Counted from the stretch's first letter, positions 1 to 10,295 are shown. The stretch is DNA of 64,000 bases from Chryseobacterium gleum (GCA_945862165.1 CAMAXI010000008.1:34570-98569); one strand, 5' to 3'. The notes: generated by a model from the letters alone, not told the origin. Numbers and translations are program-made.

Positions 1-351
1 ATTTTTATCGTCTTTTTTAGTTACAGAAGTACTTTTGAAAGATAATTTTGGATGAGCAGTTGCATCAAACATATCTGCTTGTTTCAAATGACCATCTAAT
101 CCTTCATAACCAGTACTTACACTTGCAGTTTCTGCAGAAAATTCAAAAATAGCGTCAGAAAAATCTTCTTTGGAAGAATTAATTTTCGACTCATATTTTG
201 TAAAGAATCCTAATACATCATTAATTCCTAAATGATTAATAGAAAATCCTACACGAGAATGTACTCCGTCAATACCCCATGTTGTAGCATCTGTTGGAAC
301 AAAAGAAAATAATCCAAACGCAAGACCTGCAATCAATGTTAATTTTTTCAT
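1..351 (-). CDS. YceI family periplasmic protein (N-terminal part; C-terminus lies outside the window)
   Basis: Reverse-strand ATG at 349-351 opens MKKLTLIAGLAFGLFSFVPTDATTWGIDGVHSRVGFSINHLG. This gives a signal peptide followed by the W-x-ID-x-x-HS-x-V-x-F YceI signature. The frame stays open to position 1. Confidence 0.7.
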   Translation of the reverse strand, partial: MKKLTLIAGLAFGLFSFVPTDATTWGIDGVHSRVGFSINHLGINDVLGFFTKYESKINSSKEDFSDAIFEFSAETASVSTGYEGLDGHLKQADMFDATAHPKLSFKSTSVTKKDDKN

Positions 352-449
352 TTTTTTAAATTTTAATTAAGTTATTTTTATTTACCATGGTAAATTTATG
401 TATTATAATTGAATTAGATTAAGAAATAATAAATATTTTCTCTACTTTT

Positions 450-3290
450 TTATTCCTTTATTATACGAATGACTTCAGTGCCATATTGTGTGTTTAATTC
501 TAACACATACATCCCTTTTTCCCATGTAATCATATCTAATTCAAAATCCCCTTTCACTGACGTTTTTTGAACTATAACTTTCCCTAGTAGATCCATGACT
601 TTTAAAGTACCGCTAGGTAGATTACTTAATGTAACAAATCGTTGAGAAGGATTCGGGTAGACAGTGACTTTTTCTAAATTTTCATTGATTAAACCATTTG
701 TAAGACATGAATTATAATTTATTTTAATCTGATATTCTTGACGAGTATCGTTACACCCTACTGAAACTATTTCCCAATCATAAAAGGAATAATAAAATTG
801 TAAGCCAGCATTTATTGCATTACTGCCTTTAATCGATATAACATCTTTTAATTCATAGGGATATTTTACTCCTGTATTCGAACGACCAAGCGAACCTAAA
901 GTTCCACTTAATCCTAATTGATAATCGACCCCTGGATCTAAATCAAAATTCAATTCAATTCTTTGAATTCCAACGAGTATATTTATGTTTCTGGCTTGCA
1001 ACACTTTCCCTGAAGCGTCGCGTAATTCTATCACTCTTTCCCCAACTGCATACGCATTTACCAAGACAGATTTTAAGACCAAAGGTTTAAAAACATCAAA
1101 AATTTGATAACGAACCGTAGGCACATAATTCCCAATATTAGTACTCACATTGGTCTCGCCAACATGCATCGTACTATCTTTTGCTACACTTGTACTTCCC
1201 AAATAAAAACTCGTATCACTGTTAGGATTTTTAATAGAAAACAAACTTGCGGTATCGAGTACAACTTGCGATGAATCCGAAGAATACCATGCTAGAGGAC
1301 CGTTCATCACAGAAATCAAAGATACAATTGAATCTTCTGGACAAATAGCCACTTGAATAGGTTTAGGATTGATTGGATGTATCTCTACCAAATCTTTCAT
1401 ACGCATAGAATCTGAAATTCCACAACCATTAGATGCTTTAGCAATTAATTGCACAGTATATTTTCCTGGTTTTGTATACACATGACTTGGGTTGGAAATT
1501 TCAGTAGTGTTCCCATCTCCAAAATCCCAAAAATAATTCTGTGCATTACTACTCTTATTAGTGAAATTCACTTTTAATTCACGGCATGACTTACCATAAG
1601 ACGCAACAAAATCACTGGTTACCTTAGGGAGATAGGGAGCTCCAACTCCTACCGCATACCATGCATTGGTAACTGATTCTACTTCAGGAGAACAAGAACC
1701 AAATAAATCAATTGCTGCTTGAATAGCATAAAAACGTGCATCTTGAAAATTAGATAAACTAGTTAAGTAAACCGTTAAATTTCGATACGCAATCGCAGCT
1801 GCTTTATCAATTCCTATTCCTGCAACATTATACACATTTCCTTTATCATTTACTCCATTACCACCTGCTACCAGTAAATAATACCAAAAATTTTGAACCC
1901 CATTATTACTATGGATACCTCCAAAATCCACATCATTAATTGCTGTCCAATAATTGCCTTGATAAGTATCTGGATGTTTAGTCGCATTAGGATCTTCTAA
2001 TGACCGAAAAATAGAACTTATCTCATCCCCTACTTTCCAATTTGCTTTATCTGGACGCGCATACCAATCAATCGTTACACCAAAAATATCGCTGAAGGAT
2101 TCATTTAAAGCACCAGGCTCATTTTGGGAAACTAATTTCGCTGTATTAGAAGTAATTCCATGCGTAATTTCATGTCCGATAATATCCAAAGATACTAAAG
2201 GATTTTTTGTATTTACTCCATCTCCATCACCAAAAACCATACGCGCACCATCCCAATAGGCATTTCCAAAAGCGGATCCATAATGAACCATGTTAATTAA
2301 TTTGAACCCATTATTGTCTATACTATTTCGATTATGTTTTTGAAGATAATAATCATAGGTTTTTTCAGCACCCCAATGCGCATCGACTGCATATTGATCT
2401 TTTTGCACATTTATTGTATCCCATACATTATTTTTATCGGTGAAATCCGTAAAAAAAGAAAAATTAGTGCTGTTTTTCATATTATAGGTCTCTATACCAT
2501 TGCCTCTTCCAACTTCTTTTAATGTGTACCCAGTATTTGTACTATCCGTCGTAATCGTTTGCAATCCACTATAGACTGTATTTGCAACACCTTTAACATC
2601 TTTATGCTGTAATAAGTTTTCGGAAAATAAAACCTTTCCAATGGCTGCATCAATAAATACATTTTGTTTTGACAATGGATTTGAGGCGTAAACAACGATT
2701 TTAAAAGCTTTTTTTGCAGGATTAAATAAATTGGACGGATCAATAAAATAAACTATTTCTGCATCTGGAAAATAAGTAGCTTTATCATTCCCAGATTGTT
2801 GTTTTAACAGTTTTTCTTCTTGTAAATTTTCCCACATATATTCTTTTGCCGAAATATGTTCTGTTGCTTTTTTAATTGCAGTATTCGCATCTATAATTAC
2901 ATCATTAAAAAGCAAATTATCAAATAATTGTCCATGCATAGACACAACTTTATTCGCTTTGGTATGTACTACATAATAAGCATAATTAACTGGTATTCCA
3001 TCCATTAATTGCTGATAACGATAATGTAAAAAGCCTAACTCATCGCTCTGACAATCAATTAATTTCAACGAAAACAATACTTTCTCTTCGAAGTAATCTT
3101 CTAAAAAACCAGCTACATCTGCGATTAACAACTCTTTTCCTTTAGGAAAAACAACCAAACTCGGAATCGTTGAATATTCCGAATAAAGTACTTTTTCAGG
3201 TACTATTTTTTTGGATGGATTGACATTCGAAAATGTGATAAAAGAAATACCACACAATAAAACGGCAAGGAAAATTTGAATTCTTTTCAT
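450..3290 (-). CDS. Secreted M4 (thermolysin-like) zinc metalloprotease with PKD-like domain and T9SS C-terminal sorting domain
   Basis: Signal peptide. HEITHG zinc motif with downstream NESFSDIFG glutamate motif. PKD-like FWDFGDGNT segment. C-terminal VYPNPS...LELN...IRIIKE tail typical of T9SS CTDs. Confidence 0.85.
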   Translation of the reverse strand: MKRIQIFLAVLLCGISFITFSNVNPSKKIVPEKVLYSEYSTIPSLVVFPKGKELLIADVAGFLEDYFEEKVLFSLKLIDCQSDELGFLHYRYQQLMDGIPVNYAYYVVHTKANKVVSMHGQLFDNLLFNDVIIDANTAIKKATEHISAKEYMWENLQEEKLLKQQSGNDKATYFPDAEIVYFIDPSNLFNPAKKAFKIVVYASNPLSKQNVFIDAAIGKVLFSENLLQHKDVKGVANTVYSGLQTITTDSTNTGYTLKEVGRGNGIETYNMKNSTNFSFFTDFTDKNNVWDTINVQKDQYAVDAHWGAEKTYDYYLQKHNRNSIDNNGFKLINMVHYGSAFGNAYWDGARMVFGDGDGVNTKNPLVSLDIIGHEITHGITSNTAKLVSQNEPGALNESFSDIFGVTIDWYARPDKANWKVGDEISSIFRSLEDPNATKHPDTYQGNYWTAINDVDFGGIHSNNGVQNFWYYLLVAGGNGVNDKGNVYNVAGIGIDKAAAIAYRNLTVYLTSLSNFQDARFYAIQAAIDLFGSCSPEVESVTNAWYAVGVGAPYLPKVTSDFVASYGKSCRELKVNFTNKSSNAQNYFWDFGDGNTTEISNPSHVYTKPGKYTVQLIAKASNGCGISDSMRMKDLVEIHPINPKPIQVAICPEDSIVSLISVMNGPLAWYSSDSSQVVLDTASLFSIKNPNSDTSFYLGSTSVAKDSTMHVGETNVSTNIGNYVPTVRYQIFDVFKPLVLKSVLVNAYAVGERVIELRDASGKVLQARNINILVGIQRIELNFDLDPGVDYQLGLSGTLGSLGRSNTGVKYPYELKDVISIKGSNAINAGLQFYYSFYDWEIVSVGCNDTRQEYQIKINYNSCLTNGLINENLEKVTVYPNPSQRFVTLSNLPSGTLKVMDLLGKVIVQKTSVKGDFELDMITWEKGMYVLELNTQYGTEVIRIIKE

Positions 3291-3326
3291 AAAACGTAAA
3301 CTAATTTATTACGCTAAAATACAAAT

Positions 3327-3884
3327 TTATAAAGATTTATACATCAATACCCAAGCTGGATCTTGAATATCCTGTAGTAGTAACCAAAACTTTTCATCTA
3401 GAAAATAACTAGATTCAAAACTTCTAACCCCGTATCTATTTAATAAATAAATGGATTGTTTATCAGATGGTCGATACACACCTTCACTCCATCCTTTATC
3501 ATTATTATTCGTAAATGGATAAATGGAATACCGAATTTTCCATAAGGAATCTAGAGGTAAACAATATGGAATTTTTTGTTCAAATGCATGATTTTCAATT
3601 ACACCACAATCTAAATTATGCTCTTTAAAAAAATTTCTTCTTTCTGGATTATACATACTCGGCCAATAACCTGAAGCAAATTTTATAAACTCATCTTTTG
3701 TCAAGATTTTCATGTGTGACAAACAAACGCCATTATCCATAAAAGCGAATAACATAAACAAATCACCATTTCCTTGAACACATACCTTACTCGCAAACAC
3801 TCCTCGAAGCGAAGGATTGGGCCTCACAGAACAAGTGATAGTCCAAATAACAAGAATTAAAACATTTAAAAAGTTCCGATTCAT
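3327..3884 (-). CDS. Hypothetical protein with N-terminal hydrophobic segment
   Basis: 185-aa ORF co-oriented with its neighbours. No family recognised. Confidence 0.45.
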   Translation of the reverse strand: MNRNFLNVLILVIWTITCSVRPNPSLRGVFASKVCVQGNGDLFMLFAFMDNGVCLSHMKILTKDEFIKFASGYWPSMYNPERRNFFKEHNLDCGVIENHAFEQKIPYCLPLDSLWKIRYSIYPFTNNNDKGWSEGVYRPSDKQSIYLLNRYGVRSFESSYFLDEKFWLLLQDIQDPAWVLMYKSL

Positions 3885-4081
3885 ACCGTTTATTTCTAAT
3901 TAACTGATACGTAGGAACTAAATTAATGTTTCATTTAGCCTTGAATAGATACCTAGTAATGAGAAATAATATTAAGATGTAAACAAAAACTAACCAAATT
4001 AATTTCACTACAAAAATTAACACCAAAAGAACTGGAATTCCAAAAATAGCAAGTAAGTGAAATTTCCCTTGATCCCTTGAA

Positions 4082-4651
4082 TTATTTTTCAAAAGTTATA
4101 CATCTTGTAGGTGTTATACAATAGCTTAGAGGAATATCATACACGTCTACATCCTCAATACGCTCAATCATTTCAAAAAGAGACAATCCGATAAAAACAG
4201 TTTTCGGTGAACAATTAGCTAAAAACCGGTCGTAAACACCTTTTCCATAACCTACACGCGCTCCTTTGCTATCTACTACTAGTAAAGGAACCAAAACGAT
4301 ATCCAATAGTTCGTTCGGAATAAACTCACCATTCTGGGGTTCTGGTATCCCAATTGCGTTATTCTCAATGCATGTTTGATCCGTAAATAATCGATGATTT
4401 AATACATTGGTTTCTCTCTCCCAAACGGTCAAAGCGATTCTACCACCTTTTTTTTTTATACCGGAAATAATATTGAATGTATCTATTTCATTTTTAGATA
4501 TTATCGGAAGAAAACAACTCGTAATTTTATTTGAAAAATCAAAGTTTTCAAACAATATTTTTTTTAGACCATCTTCTAATACTAACTTTTCTGACAATGA
4601 AATTTCCTTACGCTTTTCTAAATAGTGTATGCGTAATGCTTTTTTATTCAT
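4082..4651 (-). CDS. 5-formyltetrahydrofolate cyclo-ligase
   Basis: Size and motifs match the family (KKALRIHYLEKRKEIS... and GYGKGVYDRFL near the C-terminus). Confidence 0.8.
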   Translation of the reverse strand: MNKKALRIHYLEKRKEISLSEKLVLEDGLKKILFENFDFSNKITSCFLPIISKNEIDTFNIISGIKKKGGRIALTVWERETNVLNHRLFTDQTCIENNAIGIPEPQNGEFIPNELLDIVLVPLLVVDSKGARVGYGKGVYDRFLANCSPKTVFIGLSLFEMIERIEDVDVYDIPLSYCITPTRCITFEK

Positions 4652-4951
4652 CTAAAATTTCGGTAAAAAATTCATTGCGGATGAAGACATCGTTTGTTCA
4701 TTAATTGTTTCAACTTCTGCCAAAGCTTTAGCGATAGCCACCGCTAATAAATCTTCTAAATCCTCTTTATCAACATCTTGTAACGAAGCATTGATTTCTA
4801 AATTTGTAAGTTTTCGATTTCCATTAAACTCAACACGAATCAATCCGCCTCCAGCATCTCCACTAACACGAATTTCTTCCAGTTTTCGCTTGCTTTCTTC
4901 CATTGCTTGTTGCATTTTCAAAAGCATTTCTTGTTGATTATTTCCAAACAT
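4652..4951 (-). CDS. YbaB/EbfC family nucleoid-associated protein
   Basis: 99 aa with GGGLIRVEFNGNRKLTNLEI core and coiled N-terminus. Abuts the downstream gene with no gap. Confidence 0.85.
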   Translation of the reverse strand: MFGNNQQEMLLKMQQAMEESKRKLEEIRVSGDAGGGLIRVEFNGNRKLTNLEINASLQDVDKEDLEDLLAVAIAKALAEVETINEQTMSSSAMNFLPKF

Positions 4952-4958
4952 ACCTCCT

Positions 4959-6035
4959 TTATTTTGGTGAAACTTTATACAGATAAACCCCTGCTATTGC
5001 AAATAACATATTTGGAATCCAAACCGCTAATAATGGTGGGAAACCGACATTTAATGCTGCAACAGTTGTAATTTTCATAGCAAAAATATACGTAAATGCA
5101 AAACCTAATCCGATTGCAATATTTAACCCAATACCCCCTCGTTTTTTAGTGCTCGAAACAGCAACACCTATTAAAGTTAAAACATAAACAGCAAATGGCA
5201 AAGATGTTCTTTGATATAAAACTATTTTATACATCGGTACATTAGAAGATCCCTTTGATACTTCTCGATCAATAAATTCTTTTAACTTGCTATTAGTCAT
5301 TGTTTCACAGCGATTATCTCTAAAAGCTAAGTCTTCAATTTTAAATGTAAAAACTGTATCTTTTTGCCTACCAGAGGAAAGAATATCATTCGTCGATCCA
5401 ATTTTTCGCGCATAAAAATCCTTCAAAACCCATCGATTAGTTCCTGGGTAATTTTTAGCGGTAGTAGCACGAATAAAATACGTTGGTTGAATGTCTTTCG
5501 TCCACTGCTCCATATTAAAATTATACACCAAATTCTCCTCGCTATTATAGGTCGAAAAATAGACATACTTTTCCTTGTTAAATTCTGCATGATAATTCTC
5601 CACTAACATTCTAGAACGATAGTACTTTTCTTCAAAGTCTAGACGTATTTTATTAGAAATTGGCAATAAAAAATGATTGATAAAAATCGATAAGACTAAC
5701 AAAATGGTAGCACTAATAGCATACGGTTTAAGAATGCGTATGAAAGGTCTACCACTAAATAACATCGGAATTATTTCCGAATCTTGCGCTAATTTTGCAG
5801 TAAACCAAATAACAGAAATAAATACAATTATAGACGAAAACGTGTTGCCATAATATACCAAGAAATTCAAATAATAATCAAAAAATATAGCTGAAATTGG
5901 GGCGTTATTTTGGATGAACTCACTTAAGTTAGCAGAGATATCAAAAACCATAGACAAAAGCATAATAATCCCCAACATAAAAAAATATGTAGACAAGAAT
6001 TTCTTAATGATATATTTATCTAAAATGGACAACAT
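4959..6035 (-). CDS. LptF/LptG family permease (YjgP/YjgQ)
   Basis: 358 aa. Transmembrane segments flank a soluble central domain, the typical Lpt permease layout. Sits next to tgt, as I recall is common in Bacteroidota. Confidence 0.7.
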   Translation of the reverse strand: MLSILDKYIIKKFLSTYFFMLGIIMLLSMVFDISANLSEFIQNNAPISAIFFDYYLNFLVYYGNTFSSIIVFISVIWFTAKLAQDSEIIPMLFSGRPFIRILKPYAISATILLVLSIFINHFLLPISNKIRLDFEEKYYRSRMLVENYHAEFNKEKYVYFSTYNSEENLVYNFNMEQWTKDIQPTYFIRATTAKNYPGTNRWVLKDFYARKIGSTNDILSSGRQKDTVFTFKIEDLAFRDNRCETMTNSKLKEFIDREVSKGSSNVPMYKIVLYQRTSLPFAVYVLTLIGVAVSSTKKRGGIGLNIAIGLGFAFTYIFAMKITTVAALNVGFPPLLAVWIPNMLFAIAGVYLYKVSPK

Positions 6036-6039
6036 AAAC

Positions 6040-7170
6040 TTATAAACGTTGGCTTAAGATTGGTACTAATTGATTTTTCCAAGTAGTAAATGAACCATCA
6101 ATAATACGTTTTCTTGCCTCTTTGACTAATGAAAGATAAAAATTTAAATTGTGCAATGTTGCGATTTGAATTCCTAAATTTTCATTAGACTTAATTAAAT
6201 GTCTTAAATACGCTTTAGAATAAGTAGAATCTACATAAGATCCACCTAAAGAATCCAATGGCGTATAATCACATTTCCATTTTTCATTTTTTATATTAAT
6301 GGTACCTTCCCAAGTAAACAACATTCCATGTCGCGCATTTCTAGATGGCATTACACAATCAAACATATCAACTCCTAAAGCAATGCATTCTAAAAGGTTT
6401 GCAGGCGTACCCACTCCCATTAAATAACGAGGTTTATCTTTTGGTAAAATCGAACAAACTAAATCTGTCATTTCATACAAATCTTCATCTGGCTCTCCAA
6501 CGGAAAGTCCACCTATCGCATTACCTATTGCATTAAATGAAGCTATTACTTCTGCGGATTCGGTTCTTAAGTCTTTATAAGTACTGCCTTGAACAATTGG
6601 AAATAATGCTTGATTATGTCCATACAATGGCTCCGTTTTATCCATTGCATCAAAACACCTTCCTAACCAGCGATGGGTCATAGCCAATGACTTTTTTGCA
6701 TACGCATAATCACAAGGAAAAGGAGTACATTCATCAAAAGCCATAATAATATCCCCGCCAATCACACGCTGTATTTCAATAGCTCTTTCAGGTGTAAAAA
6801 AATGATAACTTCCATCGTGATGTGATTGAAATCGAACACCCTCCTCTGTAATATTATTAGAATTTGAAAGTGAATAAACTTGATAACCGCCACTATCTGT
6901 TAAAATCGGACCATCCCAATTCATGAACTTATGTAAACCACCAGCACAACTTAATACATCTAATCCTGGTCTTAAAAATAAATGATAGGTATTCCCTAAA
7001 ATTATTTGTGCTTTTACATCTTCTTTTAATTCATGTTGATGTACCCCTTTCACAGTACCTGAGGTACCAACAGGCATAAATATTGGAGTTTCAATTATTC
7101 CATGATCTGTATGTAAAACTCCTGCGCGTGCTTTTGAGGCGGAATCAGTATGATGAAGTTCAAAATGCAT
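6040..7170 (-). CDS. tgt: tRNA-guanine transglycosylase (queuine tRNA-ribosyltransferase)
   Basis: Canonical MHFEL..ARAG..TPIFMPVGT..LGNTYHL..DSGG.Q motifs. I prefer the ATG at 7170 (MHFELHH) over the TTG at 7194 because a TATCTTTG -7 box lies at 7197-7204. Confidence 0.9.
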   Translation of the reverse strand: MHFELHHTDSASKARAGVLHTDHGIIETPIFMPVGTSGTVKGVHQHELKEDVKAQIILGNTYHLFLRPGLDVLSCAGGLHKFMNWDGPILTDSGGYQVYSLSNSNNITEEGVRFQSHHDGSYHFFTPERAIEIQRVIGGDIIMAFDECTPFPCDYAYAKKSLAMTHRWLGRCFDAMDKTEPLYGHNQALFPIVQGSTYKDLRTESAEVIASFNAIGNAIGGLSVGEPDEDLYEMTDLVCSILPKDKPRYLMGVGTPANLLECIALGVDMFDCVMPSRNARHGMLFTWEGTINIKNEKWKCDYTPLDSLGGSYVDSTYSKAYLRHLIKSNENLGIQIATLHNLNFYLSLVKEARKRIIDGSFTTWKNQLVPILSQRL

Positions 7171-7196
7171 ATATTTGTGACCTAAATTAAACAAAG

Positions 7197-7204
7197 CAAA
7201 GATA
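7197..7204 (-). promoter_or_regulatory. Bacteroidetes-type -7 promoter box (TATCTTTG) for tgt
   Basis: Exact TAnnTTTG match on the minus strand, 27 nt upstream of the ATG at 7170. Confidence 0.45.
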
Positions 7205-7252
7205 ACTGCTATTTACTGATTTGACTCATTTTTAACAAAAAGGATAATTTAA

Positions 7253-8395
7253 ATGGAAATTTTACCAAGTTTTGAAACACAACTTTCACTTTTTATCTTC
7301 TGCTTTTTTGTATTTTGTGTAGTGATTCAATTAAGCTATATATTCTACTTTTTCAGTCGATTAGCTTTCACTTCTTTTAAGAAAAAAAACATCAAAAATC
7401 CTGAAAAACCTCCTGTATCAGTCATCATAGCAGCACGAAATGATTCAGATAATTTATTTGCCAATCTACCTATAATTTTAGAGCAAGACTATCCAAATTT
7501 TGAAGTTATCGTAGTAAATCACCAATCCATTGATGAATCTTACCATATTATTAATGCCTACAAAATGCAATATCCACATCTACGAATGATTGAGGTGGAA
7601 AGAAGTAAACATATAGGCATAGGTAAAAAACTTCCGCTAACATTAGGTATTAAATCCGCTTTGCACGAACATTTAGTATTTACCGATGCAGATTGTCAAC
7701 CGGAAAGTAATTTATGGCTGCAAGGTATGGTAGACGGTTTTGCAAATGAAAATCAAATTGTACTTGGTTATGGACCATATAAAGAAGATACAGGATTCTT
7801 AAATAAAGTAATACGCTTTGATACAATTTTTATCGCAATGAATTATTTTTCATTTGCATTAGCAAAAATTCCATACATGGGAGTTGGTAGAAATTTAGCC
7901 TATACTAAAACAGCATTCAAATCTGTTAGTGGATTTAAATCACATTATGCCATAAGCTCTGGAGACGATGATTTATTTATTCAAGAAGCTACACAATTAA
8001 ATACGTACAATATCCAGATTAACCCAGATACTTATTGCTATTCGACACCCAAAAACACTTGGAAAACATGGATTGCGCAAAAATCTAGACACTATTCTAC
8101 TGCTGGAAAATATCAGGTTATTAAAAAAGCATTGTTAGGAATCTATCCCTTGACACTACTATTGCTATGGTTTTCTTTTGTTATTTTACTTTTTGATACA
8201 GAGTATACCATTTTTACAAGTAGTATTTTTATTGGTGTAATTACACTAAAGTGGATAATTCAAGGGAGATGTTTTGCTAAATTAAAAGGCAAAAATTTTA
8301 TTTTATTCTTTCCGTTTTTTGAATTATTCTATGCAATCTTACTACCTGTTCTATACTATACTTCTGAAAAACCAAGAATTTCAAAATGGAAGTAA
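7253..8395 (+). CDS. Family 2 glycosyltransferase, membrane-bound
   Basis: N-terminal TM segment. VSVIIAARND..., DAD and QxxRW-like (AQKSRH) features of GT2. C-terminal TM helices. Confidence 0.75.
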   Translation: MEILPSFETQLSLFIFCFFVFCVVIQLSYIFYFFSRLAFTSFKKKNIKNPEKPPVSVIIAARNDSDNLFANLPIILEQDYPNFEVIVVNHQSIDESYHIINAYKMQYPHLRMIEVERSKHIGIGKKLPLTLGIKSALHEHLVFTDADCQPESNLWLQGMVDGFANENQIVLGYGPYKEDTGFLNKVIRFDTIFIAMNYFSFALAKIPYMGVGRNLAYTKTAFKSVSGFKSHYAISSGDDDLFIQEATQLNTYNIQINPDTYCYSTPKNTWKTWIAQKSRHYSTAGKYQVIKKALLGIYPLTLLLLWFSFVILLFDTEYTIFTSSIFIGVITLKWIIQGRCFAKLKGKNFILFFPFFELFYAILLPVLYYTSEKPRISKWK

Positions 8396-8991
8396 GCGAA
8401 AATTTATCTGAAAAAGCCAAACACGATTTAGTTTTACTCGAAGCTTCAAAAAAAGGAAGTCAGGCCGCTTATGCAGAATTAATGGAGCGATACAGAGATT
8501 CCATTTATTTTATGATGTTTAAAATGGTTAAAAACACGGATGATGCGGATGATTTAACCATTGAAGCATTCGGTAAAGCATTCAGCCGTTTAGAGCAATA
8601 TTCCCCAAATTTCGCATTTAGTACTTGGCTTTTTAAAATTGCATCGAATAACTGTATCGATTTTATTCGCAAAAAAAGAATCAAAGTTACTTCTATGGAT
8701 GCTGGCTATACAACGGATGACGGTGAAATTATTCATTTCGATGCGCGTACAGATGTCCACAATCCAGAAGAAGCTATAATACACGCGCAAAAAGTAAAAA
8801 TGATGCGCAATTTAGTCACAAAATTGAAACCGCGTTATCGTGAACTAGTTGAATTAAGATATTTTGATGAGTTGAGCTATGAAGAAATATCTGAAGCGTT
8901 AAATCTCCCCTTAGGAACCGTAAAAGCTCAGCTATTCAGAGCGAGAGACTTCCTAGCAAATATGATTGAAAACACGAAAGAAAGTATATAA
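8386..8991 (+). CDS. RNA polymerase sigma-70 family (ECF-type) sigma factor
   Basis: Region 2 (DDADDLTIEAFGKAF...FSTWLFKIASNNCIDFIRKK) and region 4 (RELVELRYFDELSYEEISEALNLPLGTVKAQLFRAR). Overlaps the upstream gene by 10 nt. Confidence 0.85.
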   Translation: MEVSENLSEKAKHDLVLLEASKKGSQAAYAELMERYRDSIYFMMFKMVKNTDDADDLTIEAFGKAFSRLEQYSPNFAFSTWLFKIASNNCIDFIRKKRIKVTSMDAGYTTDDGEIIHFDARTDVHNPEEAIIHAQKVKMMRNLVTKLKPRYRELVELRYFDELSYEEISEALNLPLGTVKAQLFRARDFLANMIENTKESI

Positions 8992-8995
8992 AAAC

Positions 8996-9027
8996 AAAAA
9001 GGCTCTCAAATTGAGAGCCTTTTTTTA
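8996..9027. terminator. Bidirectional rho-independent terminator
   Basis: GGCTCTCA-AAT-TGAGAGCC hairpin flanked by an A-run and a T-run, between the convergent sigma factor and rplT genes. Confidence 0.8.
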
Positions 9028-9050
9028 TGCGATATAGAGTCAGTTACTTA

Positions 9051-9398
9051 TTATTTCTTTACAGTTTCTACAACTGCCTTGAAAGCTTCAGGGTGATTCA
9101 TTGCTAAATCAGCTAAAACTTTACGGTTTAATTCAATTCCGCTTTTATGAACAGCACCCATAAACTGAGAATAGCTTAATCCGTGTTGACGAGCACCTGC
9201 ATTAATACGAGCGATCCATAATGAACGGAAATTTCTTTTCTTTTGTTTACGACCCTCATAGGCGTAATTTAATCCTTTTTCAATAGCATTTTTCGCTACT
9301 GTCCAAACATTTTTTCTTCTTCCAAAGTAACCTTTGGCTAACTTCATGAACGATTTTCTTCTCGCTCTAGAAGCCACGTGATTTACCGATCTTGGCAT
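9051..9398 (-). CDS. rplT: 50S ribosomal protein L20
   Basis: [16 protein letters not shown]... is the canonical L20 N-terminus. Lies in the infC-rpmI-rplT order. Confidence 0.95.
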   Translation of the reverse strand: MPRSVNHVASRARRKSFMKLAKGYFGRRKNVWTVAKNAIEKGLNYAYEGRKQKKRNFRSLWIARINAGARQHGLSYSQFMGAVHKSGIELNRKVLADLAMNHPEAFKAVVETVKK

Positions 9399-9486
9399 AA
9401 TTTTTTGTTTTTTAAAAGAGGGTGCTTCACTATTTCAGAAGGCTTGTGTACTCCACTATTGGGTTAAACGTTGAACCTGTATGAAA

Positions 9487-9684
9487 CTATTTCATACATA
9501 ATTGCAATTTGATATTTGAAACGTCAGCTGCATGAACAAGTCCTGCATGTGTCAAATTTCTCTTTTGCTTTTTAGTTTTTTTCGTAAGAATGTGGCTTTT
9601 AAAAGCGTGTTTTCTCTTGATTTTACCACTTCCAGTTATCGTGAATCTCTTCTTCGCACTGGATTTAGTTTTCATTTTTGGCAT
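9487..9684 (-). CDS. rpmI: 50S ribosomal protein L35
   Basis: [14 protein letters not shown]... is canonical L35. 65 aa. Confidence 0.95.
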   Translation of the reverse strand: MPKMKTKSSAKKRFTITGSGKIKRKHAFKSHILTKKTKKQKRNLTHAGLVHAADVSNIKLQLCMK

Positions 9685-9743
9685 CTTTACTTTTTTTTAA
9701 GTGTTACCTCTATATCAGCTATTTTTTGTCATCTGACAATCTC

Positions 9744-10295
9744 TTATTTTCCTTTTTTAGGATTTAGCATAATTATCATACGCTTACCCTCTAGTTTTGG
9801 CATGGATTCTAATACGCCCAAATCACCAATCTCTTGTGTGAAACGAAGTAATAAAATTTCTCCACGATCTTTAAAAACAATCGTTCTTCCTCGAAAGAAT
9901 ACGTATGCTTTTACTTTTGAACCTTCTTCCAAGAATTTTTTAGCATGTACTAATTTAAACTGAAAATCATGTTCATCTGTATTAGGACCAAAACGAATTT
10001 CCTTAATTATTACTTTACTTTGTTTTGCCTTTAATTCCTTTTGTTTTCTTTTTTGATTATATAAAAACTTTCTATAATCCATTATTTTACAAACCGGAGG
10101 AACAGCGTTAGGTGAAATCTCAACCAAATCCATCTCTTGTTCTTCTGCTAATTTAATAGCATCATACGTAGACATTACTTTTGGTTCTTCACTTTCCATT
10201 ACAAGACGAATTTCTTTTGCAGAAATCTTCTCATTAATTTTGTGCTGATCAGGCTCTTGTTGAGGTACTAATCTTTTTCTTGGTTCTTTTCTCAT
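9744..10295 (-). CDS. infC: Translation initiation factor IF-3
   Basis: [13 protein letters not shown]... N-domain and [18 protein letters not shown]-domain. The ATG overlaps the thrS TGA stop (ATGA). Confidence 0.9.
   Translation of the reverse strand: MRKEPRKRLVPQQEPDQHKINEKISAKEIRLVMESEEPKVMSTYDAIKLAEEQEMDLVEISPNAVPPVCKIMDYRKFLYNQKRKQKELKAKQSKVIIKEIRFGPNTDEHDFQFKLVHAKKFLEEGSKVKAYVFFRGRTIVFKDRGEILLLRFTQEIGDLGVLESMPKLEGKRMIIMLNPKKGK

Noticed and set aside
9399-9486. 88-nt spacer between rpmI and rplT, examined for an L20-type autoregulatory leader structure.
   Set aside because: I found only weak short complementarities (CUUC...GAAG) and two similar direct words (AGTGGAG and AGTGAAG). I could not support a pseudoknot or a stable stem by eye.
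9532-9963. 143-aa plus-strand ORF across rpmI and infC. Similar antisense ORFs occur elsewhere in the track, for example 10344-10769, 26193-26480, 40085-40354, 49279-49473 and 60696-60983.
   Set aside because: Each lies entirely antisense to a confidently identified conserved gene. They have low-complexity or codon-shadow composition and no recognisable motifs, so I treat them as shadow ORFs.
10293-10295. Checked infC for the atypical (AUU-type) start codon known from other bacteria.
   Set aside because: A normal ATG overlapping the thrS stop (ATGA) gives a full-length IF-3, so there is no evidence for a non-canonical start here.
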